A stretch of 62,190 nt of DNA, filler included, from Sphacelaria rigidula (taxonomy: Eukaryota), in NCBI GenBank assembly GCA_964200075.2. It is 5 parts of 5 records of this genome, joined end to end, with 100 filler letters (N's around TTAATTAATTAA, not from the genome) between each part and the next. Parts side by side here need not be neighbours in the genome. Positions count along the whole stretch, not along the records: positions 37,378 to 49,734 come from CAXNAA020003863.1; positions 49,835 to 62,190 come from CAXNAA020003864.1; 3 more parts are not named here. One strand, written 5' to 3'. Under the pieces are notes generated by a model. The model had not been told where the DNA came from. It did not search any database and was given only the letters and a program-made list of their open reading frames with translations. Position 1 is the first letter of the stretch, and each line of letters opens with the position of its first letter. Below are positions 38,500 to 51,457 of this stretch, piece after piece. The position numbers were made by a program, and so were the translations under genes.

Positions 38500-40253
38500 T
38501 TGGATACCAAACTCACTCGTAATTCGAGCAGCAACGGCACGGGTCACGTGCAATTTACGCAACTCCTTCGTGAGAAATTCCGGAGCGGCCTCAAAATATT
38601 CTTGAAAGGCTTCCACGTACGCTTCTCACCTTCGAAACCAACCAACCCCGCCGACCAACACGATCAACGGACGATCGTCTGCTTCTGTCACTCAGGCAAT
38701 ACCAGCCATTTGAAATTGCCCCTGATTGAAAGCATACTGTTACACGCCCTTAACGTCAGCCGTAACATTAAGCTGCGAGTCTGCATCAAAACGCAAATGA
38801 GCTACATGGGTGGTCTGAACACGACCCGAAACAATATTTTAAATCTCAAACACGTGCGGATGGTGAGCACCAACCACTCTCCATAGACCAGTCCACGTCG
38901 CCATCAACTTGGGCGTACCACCCGGACGACGCACGCGTGCATACAAGGCATAGTCGCCTACCTCAAAATTCGGCAGTTCCAACCCCGACGAGGACCCCTC
39001 ATGTCTACGCGCACGTTCAGCGGCAACATGGTCCTGCACTTGAACGTGGAAACGTTCTTGCAAGTCGAAGACTCCTTGCGGTGCACTCTTAATTTGAACA
39101 TCGTCCAAAAGATCACATTTCCATTCCCCTGCCGACGAATACGCCAGCACCGAGAAAGACGTCCAAGAGGCACGACCAACCTCACGTGGTACGGCGTACT
39201 ATCGTAACGACGAGGATATGCTGTATTAAGCGCCCATTGCACCGCCGGCAACACATTCCCCCAGTCGGAAACCGCTCTACGCTGCTCGAAAAGAAATGAG
39301 CGAAGAGCACGAACTACTTCCTTGACCATGCGTTCGCACGTGCCGTTAGACCACGGAGAATACTCTACCGCAAACTGGTGATCAACTCGCAAGGCCTCTC
39401 GCAATCGGGCCAAGATCGCATTATTGAAATGCGTGGCGGTACCACTCACCCACACACGCGGCACCCCAAAAGGTTTGCACCAATTCAGCAAATATGCAGC
39501 GATCGGTTCAGCAGTACGCACTGCTACTGGTTCCAGAGCCATAAAGTTGCTCAAATCATCCATGATTACCAAAATGTATCTATACTCGGCATCCTTCGAC
39601 AAACCTTGGGAAGCTAGCGGGTCACTCTCGCCCACGTAAATAAAGAGGTCAAAATGAACGACTTCATTCGGCGTGGTCCCATGGACCGTTTCGCCGAGCG
39701 GACGGGGAACAACATCGCTCGCCCTCGAGTCAGCACAGTGAAGACATTGGCGGAAAGCTTCGCGCACATGAGTTTCTATCCCCTGCCAGACACAAAGCTC
39801 TTTCAAGCGCACGAGCGTCGAAGCCACGCCACGATGCCCGGTGTCGCGCATGTGCGCGCAAATCGTCAGACGTACCTGCACCTGCTTGTCAGAACTTGGA
39901 ATCCACAATGCCTTTCGGCCACGCACATGCACACAAAACAGACCTTCATTGTCCAAGATAGCAGTACCAGCGTTCGACTCGAAAGATTGCACATCCGCAT
40001 GATCGGCCCCAAGGTCTTTTCGTTGCACTTGGCGGACAACAGATTTGGACGGCATCGAGTCATCAGATTCACACGGACCATACACAGCCCCAGCGCGCAC
40101 AGGCATTTGAATTTTAACTGTAGGCACCTGCATGACCGATCTACCCCAGACTGCTGCCGAGATAGCCCCCCCCCGAACCGGCCAAAAATGTGCACGGAGG
40201 CGATGATCATAAATGCCGGTAGAGCTGGTTTCATGCTGCACGGCGAGACTCAT
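38500..40253 (-). pseudogene. End of RNase H, integrase and chromodomain; frameshifted
   Basis: ORFs 38958-40253 and 38839-39150 with HHCC, rve core and GPY/F-like motif; W-x-G...TW-x-P-like segment at ~38600-38650. Confidence 0.87.
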
Positions 40254-40379
40254 TTGGGCGTTATAGCTGATTTCGGACTGCTACATGCCTCTCATGTGGG
40301 CGAAATTGCTCCAAACGAGCCAAGTAGTGGGATCGCAGCCGGTTTTTCGGACGGTTTCCGGTGCACTTTTTGTGGGGGT

Positions 40380-42330
40380 GCTATCTCGGCATTAGTCCCC
40401 AATGGCACTCAGATGCACCCGGAAACATTGACACCTGGCAATCACGACGAGGATGGAACAGCGTCATGGCATGAGCCACCAGATCTTTCGTTGCCGCCCA
40501 CGCCTACAGCCTGCCCCCCGTCCCCAATGCATCTTTTCTCGGAAACGCCATATCTGGACTGGACCACCCCGCCTGCAAATTCCGTAACACCAACCCGAGC
40601 GCGAAAACAGCCGCCATGCACAATGCCAACCAACCCGACTTCCTGGATCGTACCGCCGTGGCTTCGTCTTCGCCGCGGACGCCCCAGGTGGCAGCTGAAC
40701 ACGCATGGGCTCCACGCGCGCAGGCACCCGTCAGCGCACGACGAAACGGGCTGACGCGGCGATGTAAGATGCCGCGCAGGCGTTCCGCTTTTGAGACGCT
40801 GAGGTCTTTCGCCACAGCATCCGTCACGCTCTCCTCCGGCGCGACCTTCCGAGCGGACTCCTCTTCCGCCGGGTCCATGAACATGTCCGAGCCGCGCTCT
40901 ACTAAGCGTTCCATCGCCGCATCCTGCTCCTCGGTCATCTGCCCCCCAGCCTCCTGAACAGTATTCATAGGCAAGCTCACGGGACGACTGCCCAAAAAGG
41001 CGGGCGTCTTCACATGCGGACCAGGCGGAGACATCCGCGTCTTGATGGAGTCCTTTAACCGCTCATACGGGTCGACTCCTAGATCCTGTAGCATCGGCAG
41101 CCCCAGAAGAACAATGCCATCCGATCCTGGCATAATCGCAAACGAGATCAGAGGCAACGGCGCCAGCCCCCAAGCAGTGTTGAAGGCTAGCTGCAACGGA
41201 ACAGTACGCTCCGTAACTGAAACATGCTGACCTGACGCGGCGACTGCCTGCCGCGCCCCGAGCGAAAACGGAATGCGCAGCGGCACACCCAGGAGTTGTC
41301 GCTTCAGCATCTCAACCATCTGCACCGGCAGACTAGTGAAATGGGCGCCATAATCCAACACAGACCGAACTACAATGGCTCCTCGCTGCCGTTGATTCGG
41401 AAGACATAAATCCACTGGAATGTATCTGTCGGCAAGCTCCACGGGAATTTCTTCCGCTGACCTATGCGCCGCTAATCCCACTTGACGCCACGGCTGCGCA
41501 AGCTGCGCAGGCAAAGACGCGCTGGGAAGTTGAAACGACACCGCCGGCGCGTATGCCCCCCAGCCAGCAAACCAAGAATTTGGCGATCCCCTGACCAGCG
41601 CGTCAACAGGCGTCGCGCCTGGCGCTGTTGCCGGTGTCGCCGCCGGCGCCACCACCGGCGCCTGCGCAGTGTTCAACTCTGTAGAAGTCGGTTCCACTTG
41701 CACCGCCTGTTGCAGAGCAGCAGCACCTACGGCGGCGCCGGACCCAGAGCCAGGTCCATGCTGATGCCGCTGCCCCTGCTGCTGCTGATTCTGCTGCTGC
41801 TGCGGCTGCTGCTGAGGACTCGACTGCGACCCTCCAACGCCGGAGGATCCGCCGCCGCCACCACGATATCTCGTCTTTTGCTCTTGTGCTGACGATGGTG
41901 ACGGCACGCGGCATGAGACTGCCCAGACTTTCCACCGGAAGACGTTGGGCAATCGCGCGCGTAGTGGCCGACCTGGTCACAACAGTGGCAAGTGCCCGCC
42001 GTATGCCCAGCATGCTTTCTGATCGCCGCAACCAATTGCGGAGGGGTGATTGTGATTTTTTTATGCTCTAAACGAGCAAACACTCGCTGCACATAAGTTG
42101 GCATTCGTTGAGCGATTGGCACCACCTGGTGCCGCACAACACCCCCTGCGTTAGCGTGTTTCACACGCTTTTTGTACTGAAAGTACTTATTAATAAAAGT
42201 GCGAGATGCACTCTCTGAGTACCTATCCCCGTATTGGGGACGTCGCAATTCTTTCCGCATAACCATGGGCGTCACGCTGGTCGTAGTACACCAACCGGTC
42301 GCCATACGCGTAGCTGCAACCGCCTACCTG
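40380..42330 (-). pseudogene. gag (zinc knuckle), aspartic protease and start of RT; frameshifted
   Basis: ORFs 41727-42305, 40504-41952 and 40464-40727; protease motif reads D-Y-G instead of D-S/T-G. Confidence 0.85.
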
Positions 42331-42613
42331 CGAACCTTCACAGGCCAGCGGACTTCCGCTAATTGCACACTTCCTTGCCTCGTCGCCGCACCACACAGTC
42401 GTAGGAGCCTCCAAACTCCCGCTGCACGCAGCTTCAGCAAGTCTCGAGTCTGGATCAATCACACGCCAGCCGCCTTTCTGCAGCCACAACCAGCTTGAAC
42501 CCCCGTCACGCGTCCGTGATGTCAGGCTGTCCCCAGCTGCCAGACTCACTCCGCCGAAATCCTTTCCAGAAGATTTCTAGCACTAACACTAGCACTAGCG
42601 CTAATATCGATAT

Positions 42614-42873
42614 TGTAACACCAGCCAGTGGAAGCACTGTTGGATCACTGCTGTTGAGGGACTCTCCCCAGTCTTACTGGCCTCAGTTTCAGTTGTCAGC
42701 CTTTACAACGTTCTCATCATTCAGGAGTGACCTTCCAGGGCACCAGCTTTCTAGACCTGCAGGTACCATCTCCGTGTCCCCGGTCATCATCCAGAACCCT
42801 TCAGAATATCCGTGCCCCTAGTCAGTATCCATATCATCACTACCAACTCAACGTACGGCGTATTTTTGTCACA
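42614..42873 (-). repeat. 5' LTR
   Basis: TGTAACA...TGTCACA termini; aligns to 38159-38420. Confidence 0.88.
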
Positions 42874-43199
42874 AGCGGCAGAATGTAAAGTATTTCGGAA
42901 GAACGGGACGTGCTAGACGAGGAAATGTGGAAAGTAAACGAAGGTGGCATGAAAACGTTTGACACGTCAGAGAGTAGCGGGAAAACAATCGCTATACTAT
43001 GAAATAGGTGGTGGCCACAGACGGGGAATCAGGAAGGGGGCAAGATATATGTAAACGATTTTTGTGTAGTGTATGGAAGAAGGGAATTGTGATGAGTGCC
43101 CAGATGTTGTAGGTGTCGCTACGTGGAGTAGGAACGGTGCTCCGTCTAGAAAGGGAAGGCGTGGTCAACGATCCAACGGCTACTATAAGGTAAGCAACA

Positions 43200-43720
43200 C
43201 ATGAGTACGTCCCCGCCCCCCCATCATCGATTTGCAATGACGCTGTGAAACACGTCACTCATCACGTAACCTAGGCAACCGGGTCACCCTTCTCTTTCTC
43301 GCATGCTTCTTGTTTGCGGCAACCATGGTGTCGTCGAGCTAAACAATATTGTGCGGAGTGAAGAACCTCTACTCCGCGTAAGGAGGATGACCAACTTCGT
43401 GGTGTTTCAACGGTGAGACACCCATGAGGCAGTGTGAAACCCGTGGCCGTGTCTGGAAGTGACGATCGCAGAAAATGAAGCAACTCATTGTGGGTTGCCA
43501 TCCACACGACGTAAGATGCTTAGTACGCCTCGAGCCGAAACATTTTCGCAGGATGCAGCTCACCCTTTATGCGACTCGCCGAACACGTCACGGTTCTTCG
43601 CGCGTGATGATTAATTGCGAGCCTGGTCCGGCGAAAACCCGGCGTTCTCTTTCCCGGTTTTGTAGGGGTGCGAGGTCAATGGTGTTATGATTATACGGCA
43701 TGCAAGATCATGAGTACACC
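43200..43720 (-). repeat. Inverted copy of the 1-720 repeat family
   Basis: Nucleotide similarity; both translate to NELLHFL...LPHGCLT.ET. Confidence 0.8.
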
Positions 43721-44723
43721 TACTTATCGTAACATGACTCAACTAAGGATACCCAAGGGTACGGCATCATGCCCCAACAGTTTGTGGACCGTTGTGTCTG
43801 TCTCACCGGTGTTCGCACGACGGAGGACACAACGAGGAAAGCTACAGTGCAAGGAGATGAAGGCGACGCGTCGTCATAATCTGCGCGAAAACAACGGTGT
43901 TGTGGTTGGCAAAAACATTGTTAAAAAAGACTGACCGACTGTGAGTGGTGCACACATGTACATAAATATATATTCTCAGGAGGCAACGTTTCATTCAGGC
44001 GTTATCATAAGCACACGTCAGTGAATCCAAACGCTACGGAATAGTTTTGTCACGTGTGCCGATTAATGGTTGCATCCTCCTGCGCTCGCCTTATCTCCAT
44101 TATTTTGTACCTCCTCCGTCCCATAAGTCTAGGCAGTTATGGGGTGCAGGTCGTATCTCCCGAGCGGAGGCGCATACGATGCTGTAGTTAGGATAGATGA
44201 TCTGATGAAATTGTGGTAGTGCTTATAGAAATCGCAAAAAAAAAAAATGCACCCCGTAAAGGATTTCGGGTCAGAATTGACCCAATATTGGTCACTTCGA
44301 ATGCGGTTTCAGCCAAACTAGACCGAGCTTTACCGTTGTCGTGTTGCACAAGTGGTCGCGTGACAAACGTGGTTTATGACGAAACCTAGTGGCTAGCCTC
44401 TGCACAATAATCAAACTGAAACGAAGAGTATTTGTATAGTTATTTTATTGCCATTTTTACCTCTAATCGTTGTTGCCCCGGAAAGGGGGCGAAATACGGC
44501 CATCTCTGGGTCGACTGCGTGTTCAGCAGCCAGATGACCTCAGGGGTCAAGCACCCAAAGCGTATTGGTCTCAAAATAAATATACAGTAGAGTGCAACAA
44601 GATAAACGAAAATCAAATCGGACACGGTTATGGGCCCGTGCAAACATAACCACCCAGACTTATGGGATTGAAGAAGTATGATGACAACTTTCTGCTCGTC
44701 TTCGTTCGTATTCACTAACCCCC

Positions 44724-44923
44724 TGTAATGCCTGAGAGGACCGCGTGCTTAGAGGAGCTCGAAACACCTCAGGATCGACGTTTTTCAACACCAGTCGGGC
44801 CAGTCCCTGCAGGGATCACGCCTCGGACCCCAACCCCAACACTAACCCTAACCCCCCCCTAACTATAGGGGTGCGTATATTCCGGTGCGGTCCTCTAAGC
44901 ACGCGGTCCTCTCACGCATTACA
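44724..44923. mobile_element. TGT...ACA MITE carrying CCCTAA repeats
   Basis: ~33-bp TIRs TGTAATGCCTGAGAGGACCGCGTGCTTAGAGGA; flanks CCCCC/CCCCG. Confidence 0.85.
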
Positions 44924-46256
44924 CCCCGTCGGCCCCTCATTGATAGTTGAAATGTCCGCAAGCTGTCTTGCTCCCGCCAATTGGTGCTTGCATCGACGTA
45001 CTCAACCGCTTCCCTCTTTACCGCACCGTCCCCAACATATTAACGCTTCGGGCATGGATAGATGGGGGCAACGGACGATCCCGCATCGGAGAAGCATTCG
45101 CGCATGGAGGGCAGACGTAGGTCGATCAAAAAGGCGACCAAACTAGGCTAGTGTTGACATGGTTGAGGTCAGGATGTTGCACCTGACGTGTTGACCCGTA
45201 AGCCTTCCAGATGTCGACTTAAGGGGAATTCGTAATTTGGGGACGATCGTTCGGCATACCGTTGTGTCGGCATACTTGGACCCAGAAGGGCTAAGAGCAT
45301 GTTTCCATCACAGGGTCGAGGGAAAGTAGTGTCCAGGAAAGGTATGATAACAGTAGAATAAACACGTGAAAACTGTACAACTTTTGACCGATCATGGTTG
45401 TGCAATATATACACATAATATACTTGTATACATAAACTTTCATTTAGCAGGGGGAAAGCGGATTGCTCTTTCGGTCGTGCTTTTATCTTGGATTTCTCGC
45501 GGACTCTTGCAGCTGCGTGCGATGTATGCTAGTTCACTATTCCTGCAAATGTCTATTTTGGTTATGCTAATGTACCCACGATGGCCATGATTCCAAAACA
45601 CACAGGCGCGTCGCTTCCGAGCTTGCTAACGAATTTACTGGCGAAGCTGAAGCTGCCGACCAGGAGTGCCCACGTTCCGACCCAAGCGGTGAAGCGAGCG
45701 GGGAAGAAGGGTCGTAACATGGGACGGACAGGAAGGACCTCACCAAAGAAACACAGGAGAATGCCAGAGGTGTGTTTGATTGATTGATTGATTGATTAAT
45801 TGATTAGTTGATTGATTGTTGCACTTCAACTCATCCCCCAGGGGTCCAGCCGTGATCTCATGATAGACGTACCCACAAAAAACGAAACTCAGAGACGCTC
45901 TGATGTGTGTATCTACACTAATGGCACTACGTCAATACTGGCATGATGTGTTGATATCTGACATCCGTATTGTAGACGTTCGCAGATATGGTTCACCTTT
46001 AGGCGCGCGCTTGTATTTCGCAGCGATATCACCGGGCGACAGCCCCGTAGGGCATTGGACACGAGTAGGAGGGCGGGTGGAGGTTCCACTGTAACTGTTG
46101 CTCGCGGTGGGTCCTGATATGGGGGCCATCTAAAACGACATACTTGTTACGGAGAACCGTTGAGTCGAGGTTGGGTTGCGTATGCACAGAACGCCCCTTT
46201 CCATAATACAAAGCACCGTATTCCAAGATATTGGGTGGTCTCGTTTCAAAGAGGTC

Positions 46257-47743
46257 TGAAATGCGTTGGAGGACCTCGTGCTTTCTGGGCCGCATCAGAA
46301 TTTGAACATCTCAGGACCGATGTGTCGGGAGGACCGCGCGAACGCCGTCAATGCATAGACCGCGCACCGATCAAACCTGGGCCACGTATTTATTGAGCCA
46401 GGTATAGCGAAGCCAGGTGTAGCGAAGAATCCAGGCGTGACTGGAACGACAAGACGACGACGCAGTTTGCCTTGAAAGGGAGGGGAGCGAGGATTTTTCA
46501 AAACTGTAATATTCAGGCACCCGTCATTCGCGTAGGAGTCACTCTCGCATATGCTTTGTGGTGGGGAACAGTTCACGGTTCGGACGAATCATCGCCGGTT
46601 CGAATGGCCAAATTCACGATGTTTTAGGTTTGGTTGCTCGGAAAAGGGAAAAGAGTTGACCGCTGATCAAAACGATCTCCACGCAGTTTTTGCGCCATTT
46701 CATGTGCCTGGGCTGCGCGTATCTGGGTTGAAACGCTGAAAACAGAGCCTAAGGATTGATTCATATGGTAAAAATCAATACACTAAAATCAAGTCATTTC
46801 CAGACGAATCATCGATTCGTCTGACCCTTGAAACAGTTGGCACCAGTGTATTTGAGGAAGGTGCCGGCGCATATATACCACGTCGTCATGGTCGCATCGA
46901 CAAACTGATGCTCTGTACTCGAGGGTACCAGATGCCGAGACGACCCATCTGCTCCGTACTTTCAGGTACCAGATGCCGAAGCGACCCTTCAGCTCCGTAC
47001 TTACAGGTGCCAGGTGCCGAGATGACCCCTCTGCTCGATACTTGCATGTACTGCAATTTGGTTTGCATGCGGTACACTCGGTCACTCACGGCAGCTTCAA
47101 GGTAAACACACAAGTCAATACCACGAGCCTTACTTTTCTCCTCCGCGGAGATGACATTACAGTGACTTGGTCTTTACTTGCGTGTACCTTGAAGCTACCC
47201 CGAATGAAAAAACGTGCACCGCATACATACCACATTACAGTACCTGTGAGTATCGAGCAGATGGGTCATCTCGGTACCTGGTACCTGTAAGTACGGAGGA
47301 GAAGGGTCGTTTCGGCATCTGGTACCTGTGAAGATAGATGGGTCGTCTCGGCATCTGATACCCCCAAGTACCGAGCACCAGCTGGTCGAAGCGGTTATGA
47401 CGACGTGGTACGCGCCGACAACTTCCTCAAATACTTTGGTGCCAACTGTTTCCCACCACAATCCACATGCAAGAGTGACTCCCACGCGGGTGACGGGTGC
47501 CTAAATATTATAGTTTCGAAATCCTCGCTCTCCTCCCTTTCAAAGCACACTCTGTCGCCGTCGTGTCGCTCCTGTCACCTGGCTCGACTTTTCTATCCCT
47601 AGCTCGATAATTGCGCCCGTTAGGTTTGATCGGGGCGCCGCCCCTGCATTGACGGCGTTCGTGCGGTCCTCCCGACACGTCTGTCCTGAGGTATTGATAT
47701 TCCGATGCGGCCCAGGAAGCACGCTGTCCTCCCACACATTACA
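46257..47743. mobile_element. ~1.5-kb foldback element related to the TGTAATG MITE family
   Basis: Arms 46257-46573 plus 46839-47120 are the reverse complement of 47170-47743; right end CACATTACA. Confidence 0.83.
46574..46830. mobile_element. 8-bp-TSD TIR element nested in the left foldback arm
   Basis: TIRs CACGGTTCGGACGAATC/GATTCGTCTGACCCTTG; TSD GAACAGTT/AAACAGTT; the same end recurs at 12310-12359. Confidence 0.8.
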
Positions 47744-47858
47744 AAGCATTTGGTAACACGGATAGGTAGCTTTCTTTCTACGTTCTACCACACATGAGTC
47801 TCTCTCATTGAAAAACCCGTGGTTTTAATGCTCAAAACATTGCGCCTCGTGGGCTACT

Positions 47859-48063
47859 TGTAATGCCTGAGAGGACCACGTGCTTAGAGGACCGCATCGG
47901 AATTTAAAAACCTCTATGGTTAGGGTTAGGGTTAGTGTTGGGGTTAGGGTCAGGGGCGTGGTACCTGCTGGGACTGACCCGATTGGTTTTGAAAAACGTC
48001 GATCCTGAGGTATTTTGAACTACGGCGCGGTCCTCTAAGCACGCGGTCCTCTCACGAGTTACA
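47859..48063. mobile_element. Second copy (opposite orientation) of the TTAGGG-carrying MITE
   Basis: Same TIRs; perfect 5-bp TSD CTACT at 47854-47858 and 48064-48068. Confidence 0.9.
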
Positions 48064-49835
48064 CTACTGACCCCCTTTCGTTCGTACATGGTGGCTGCAG
48101 CACTCAGGGGCGCTTATTGCATTTGTCGGGGTAACGTTGTCGGATATTATCCACGATAAACGCCGATAATTACCTCCCTCATAGATGGCAGTCGCACTTG
48201 TCATGTGTAGGGTTCGCATTTTGACGCGCGCTCGTCTTCGTTTCATCAGGAGAAAAGCACCATGCACAGTTCACTGCACACCGTTGCCCTGTGGCAGGCG
48301 AGGCTTCCCCCGCTCCGTCACGCTTTTCTCTCAAGGACTTTGTTTTAGATGCACCTTCAACCCTTTGCCCCTCCTCAACCGCCAGAGAGGTGTTTGCAGG
48401 CTTCAGAGAGCATCCCACCCCTCCCCCGGTACCTGCCGTGTACTGGATCGTGGGGCATTGGATCATGACTACCAGCGAGTCTTGGAAGAAATACTTCTGA
48501 TCCACGAATATAAACCCCCGTTATACTTACGCCACGGCAAGTTCGACACGTCACATGACTACACAATAAGTGTGTGCTTGCTACGTGAGGAATTCAAAAT
48601 ACAATTGCTCGTCAGGGATGTCACCCGAAACAGGTTACGATACTAAGCTGTGATCCATATTGCCAAGCGACGTTATTTTCGTAGTACACTAATATTCAGT
48701 TCGAACTCGATCGTAATACTCGTACGTCTCCTTCGTGCGACATGAGGAACGCTCTCCCCCGTTTGGACCAAAGCTTCACGTGGCCTGGTACATCTGCTTG
48801 GTCCCTTATTATTCCTGTGTATTGTCTTGGCCTACTTATGGGTATGCGGGCAAGTAGAGAAAAGTGCTGCTGTGGTCGGAGCAAGCGGCTTGAGGAATTG
48901 CCTTGGGACAGCGATCTAACACTAAAGCATCACCATGAAAATACTTGAGCATGCGCTGTGTGAAGGACAAGTTCTTGATGCTCCTGGTCCTGATACTTCC
49001 CGATAAAGAGAGCGCGAGAATCGCTGGGGACCAAACAGAGGTAGTCAGCGGTTGGTCGTGGGACGTGAGCCCTCGGATGTTGTCCCGGCGACCTGGAGTT
49101 CGAAATCCAAGGGACGTCGGAGACGTGCTCTCCACGATCCTAGACATCATGTGAATGAATGCCGACTCTTCGTACTAGGTAAATCAAGCTCCCAAGGGTA
49201 ACTAATTGTGTCCTATATTTACGATCAGAATTATATACTTATTCGAACGTTGCCGTTGCATCAGAAACGCTTTGAGTGGTTCTTCTGTGAGGATGCACAA
49301 TTGTTTTCCGAGGCTCTGCACTTTTGGAGCCTCTCGACGACAAACATCTGTGCCTTAGTGTGCAGCCTCAGGAAACGTTTGGACTAAAATATGCACCACT
49401 ACCGTAGAATCACTCATTTCCAGACGGAAAAACGACCAACGCTGTACAACGGCGTTCACACAGCGTGCAGGATGCCAAACAGCACTCCTCGGGGGTCAGT
49501 GTTTTCGTGCTCATGCTACGTCGCGGAAGCATGATGGAATACAAAAATGTTTCACGGACTCGACAGATTCAGCTCAACCACTCATCAGCGAAAAGACCAT
49601 GCTGAACTACTCTCTATAGTACGACAGAGTGATGCTACGGTAGGGTTGCACACAAATTTTCTGAGGTTAGAATTGTTAGGAGCCCTTTATCTCATCCAAG
49701 ACACGAGTTATGAAAATATGCGAGAGTACGCCAGNNNNNNNNNNNNNNNNNNNNNNNNNNNNNNNNNNNNNNNNNNNNTTAATTAATTAANNNNNNNNNN
49801 NNNNNNNNNNNNNNNNNNNNNNNNNNNNNNNNNNG

Positions 49836-49931
49836 GACCGCGGTGTTGGTAGTCGATATGGACCACGTGTACTTTTTCCAAGTGAATATTGCTGCCGATT
49901 CAGCAGGTGACCTACTCTCGCGGTCTAACGG
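49836..49931. mobile_element. Short piggyBac-like MITE, left end at gap
   Basis: Same body; ends CTCGCGGTCTAACGG-TTAA. Confidence 0.6.
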
Positions 49932-50678
49932 TTAAATCCTCCTGCGGAGTTTTGGGGAGGAAGATACTTTCGCTCCGTGATACTCTTTCGTATCTTCCCT
50001 GCAATAGAGAAATGCAACTTCAGCCCCATTTTGGTGTTGAACCCCAAAAATTAGAATTGGCTGTTATTTGGGTTTCAAAAATTCAAGTTTTATGATGTGT
50101 AGCTACTGTTAATAGCGACCAGTAGGTGAAAGAGTGGAACCATGTTTCGAAGATTCGGCGTGGATACGAGGGTTTTGTTCCTCCGGGTTCTCATCCTCAG
50201 TGAAAAGTTCCATCTTCAATTAATTTCGATTGTCGGCTGTTGAAACAGTGCTTTCCGTGACCTAAAATCATGACAAATTACTTTCATATGGACGACGTTA
50301 TCCCTCTCGATCTCCCTAGAACTATTTCGGGGGATTTCTAGCCTTCCTTTCCCCGAAAGGGCATCATGGGCGAAATCACGATTTTTGGGCCGAAAAACGT
50401 ATTTTTTTCACCTCGAAATCGATGCAAAAATGTGCTGTCGCACATACCCCTTGGGAGAACGGAAGGCTAGAAATCCTCCCCGGCATCGTTTGAAGGAGGT
50501 CAGGAGGGATGGGTTCGTCCATGCAAGAGTAATTTGTCATGACTTTAGGTCAGGGAAAGCACCGCTTTTGAAATGAAACTCAGTTTCTGTTCGACCCCGT
50601 TTTGAGAATCCGCTGTTGAACGACAGGAAAACAAATGTGTGGGGACCATCACTTAGATGGAAAGAGAAATTACCACAA

Positions 50679-50788
50679 CACGGGTGGCCACTGGGTGTCC
50701 TGTAACCTGGAATTCGGACGTTGCAGACCTTGAACAACGTCTGTAATATACAAATTTGAGGTTACAGGCACCCCAGTGGCCACCCGTG
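50679..50788. mobile_element. 110-bp MITE with CACGG ends
   Basis: Perfect 17-bp TIR CACGGGTGGCCACTGGG; AA on both flanks. Confidence 0.8.
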
Positions 50789-51037
50789 AAGTGTGTGCCT
50801 AGGAATCATCGTTTCACATTGTTGACATCATGAGACAACTCATTCGTTTCATGAACAGAAGGTGTCGAGTTCGAATCCCAACCCCACCAAAAGCGCCAAA
50901 AATAGTCAACCAGGGACAAAAAAGTCGTGAAATGATGGGCAGGAACACAGTTATTGGTGGGTGACTTCGAAGCCGAGTTCACGTACTCACGGCAAAGTCT
51001 TCTGTGGAGTGGAGATTTAACAGAAGTCTTTACTGAA

Positions 51038-51457
51038 CACAGGATCTTACAAATTGGGTATGGATCTTCTATTGGGGATGAGAAACGTGGATAATCAAAA
51101 TCTTCGTATCCGTACCAAATCTTCGAAATATGGTTCCAATTCTCTACCTACTGATAGCTATCGACAACTGCTCCACGCCGTAGAAATTTGGATTACGATC
51201 ACCGAAATGTTGGGGTCCTGGATAAAAACCAACGTCGGAACCATTTTGGCGTCCGTTCGGACACCCGAAATTCCCCGAAATTGGTTTTTTACTCAGGACG
51301 CCAACATTTCGGTGATCGAAATCCAAATTTCTAAGGCGTGTGGCAGTTGTCAATAGCTATCAGTAGGTGAACAAATGGAACCATATTTTGAAGATTTTAA
51401 TTCTCCACGTTTCTCATCCCCAATAATAAATCCATCCCCAATTTGTAAGATACCGTG
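51038..51457. mobile_element. 420-bp hairpin MITE with CAC...GTG ends
   Basis: ~180-bp arms; flanks TGAA/TTAA. Confidence 0.82.

Larger units (their letters stand above)
38159..42873 (-). mobile_element. Degenerate Ty3/Gypsy (chromovirus-like) LTR retrotransposon with internal RT/RNase H deletion
   Basis: Two diverged ~260-bp direct repeats flank gag CCHC (CHCCDQVGHYARDC), protease (VLDYGA), RT start, integrase (H..H..CLHC; WSNGTCERMV; KLMATWTGLW) and chromo-like VGFEGEKRTWKP. Order gag-AP-RT-IN. Confidence 0.93.
37900..43200 (+). mobile_element. 5'-truncated non-LTR (LINE) ORF2 C-terminal fragment, interrupted by the Gypsy element
   Basis: 37900-38158 reads ...FRVGDLDLP...CSCGRAIESDIHAV and 42878 onward resumes AEC...ERDVL...RWWPQ...VWKK, a CxC..E..H...EC knuckle typical of LINE ORF2 ends. 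Confidence 0.72.

Noticed and set aside
39654-40754. 366-aa + strand ORF
   Set aside because: Antisense shadow of Gypsy pol
47917-47950. Telomere or telomere fusion
   Set aside because: Short tract enclosed by MITE TIRs and a TSD
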